This document shows, piece after piece, positions 63,480 to 64,000 of a stretch of 64,000 bases of DNA. The notes beneath the pieces were generated by a model, which was not told the DNA's origin, did not search any database, and worked only from the letters and a program-made list of their open reading frames with translations. The stretch is from Chiloscyllium plagiosum. Taxonomy: Eukaryota. Position 1 is the first letter of the stretch, and the number at the start of each line of letters is the position of its first letter. The stretch lies in assembly GCF_004010195.1 (NCBI RefSeq), contig NC_057718.1:97281644-97345643 (forward strand). The letters run 5' to 3'. Position numbers and translations under genes: made by a program.

Positions 63480-63810
63480 TAAACTGCCTAAGAATACGCC
63501 GTACAAAGACATCTATTGCATAACCTCAAGTCACCCAAAAGTGAATGTGTTACCTCTGAAATGTGGTTACTACTGAATAGCACAGTAGTCAGCACAGCAA
63601 GATCCCACAAAACATTATGTTATAACACTGTATAATCCAGACCCACGTGTTCCATATTGGCTACACCAAGGTGCTGTGGAGATGTTTCCTAGTCCTCTTT
63701 GGTTCATATTTCTCAGCAAAGGATAGCACTTAAAACCTCCATTTTAAAATCTCATAAGAAAAATTACACCTCCAACAGTGCAGCACTCCCTGAGCGCTGC
63801 GTGGCTCTGG
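63480..63810 (-). mobile_element. Degraded Deu-domain SINE
   Basis: CACAGCAAGATCCCACAAA and CACCTCCAACAGTGCAGCACTCCCT motifs. Confidence 0.5.
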
Positions 63811-64000
63811 ACTGTACTCAGTTTTCTGGGCCTTGAATCCCCAACCTGAGAAACATCAAAAGATTGGAAAGGTATGACACGGGTGGAGGCCGTTCAACCC
63901 ACCGGGTATATTACAGCCAAAGAAAGATGTTCCATGCCGAACCCTGTTCTTCAGGTTTTGACCTTTAGCCCTGTGGGCTTTGAATGCCTTTCCCAGTATT

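Overview
Repeat-dense vertebrate genomic DNA, almost certainly from a shark or ray (inferred from about 18 HE1-type V-SINEs and many HER1/CR1 LINE fragments). I find no convincing host protein-coding exon; the ORF track consists of retroelement remnants and chance ORFs. The window holds HE1 SINEs, CR1/HER1, CR1/L2-like, Rex-Babar and RTE LINE relics, Deu-domain SINEs, two Tigger-like MITEs, a possible solo LTR, a CA-type microsatellite and two N gaps. The main signal is at least four families of Penelope-like element (PLE) termini. Each carries a minimal type I hammerhead ribozyme with the same architecture (short helix I, CUGANGA plus one extra base, helix II, GAAA, loop-less palindromic helix III) and covarying helices. 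They occur mostly as short, often foldback, insertions with 13-15 bp target-site duplications (TSDs). Two insertions are copies of a neighbouring element plus its flank, 0.9 kb and 4 kb away, and one family is confined to the first 8 kb. Together these suggest local (cis) copying. Repeat boundaries are approximate unless a TSD is quoted, and family names come from recognition, not database searches.
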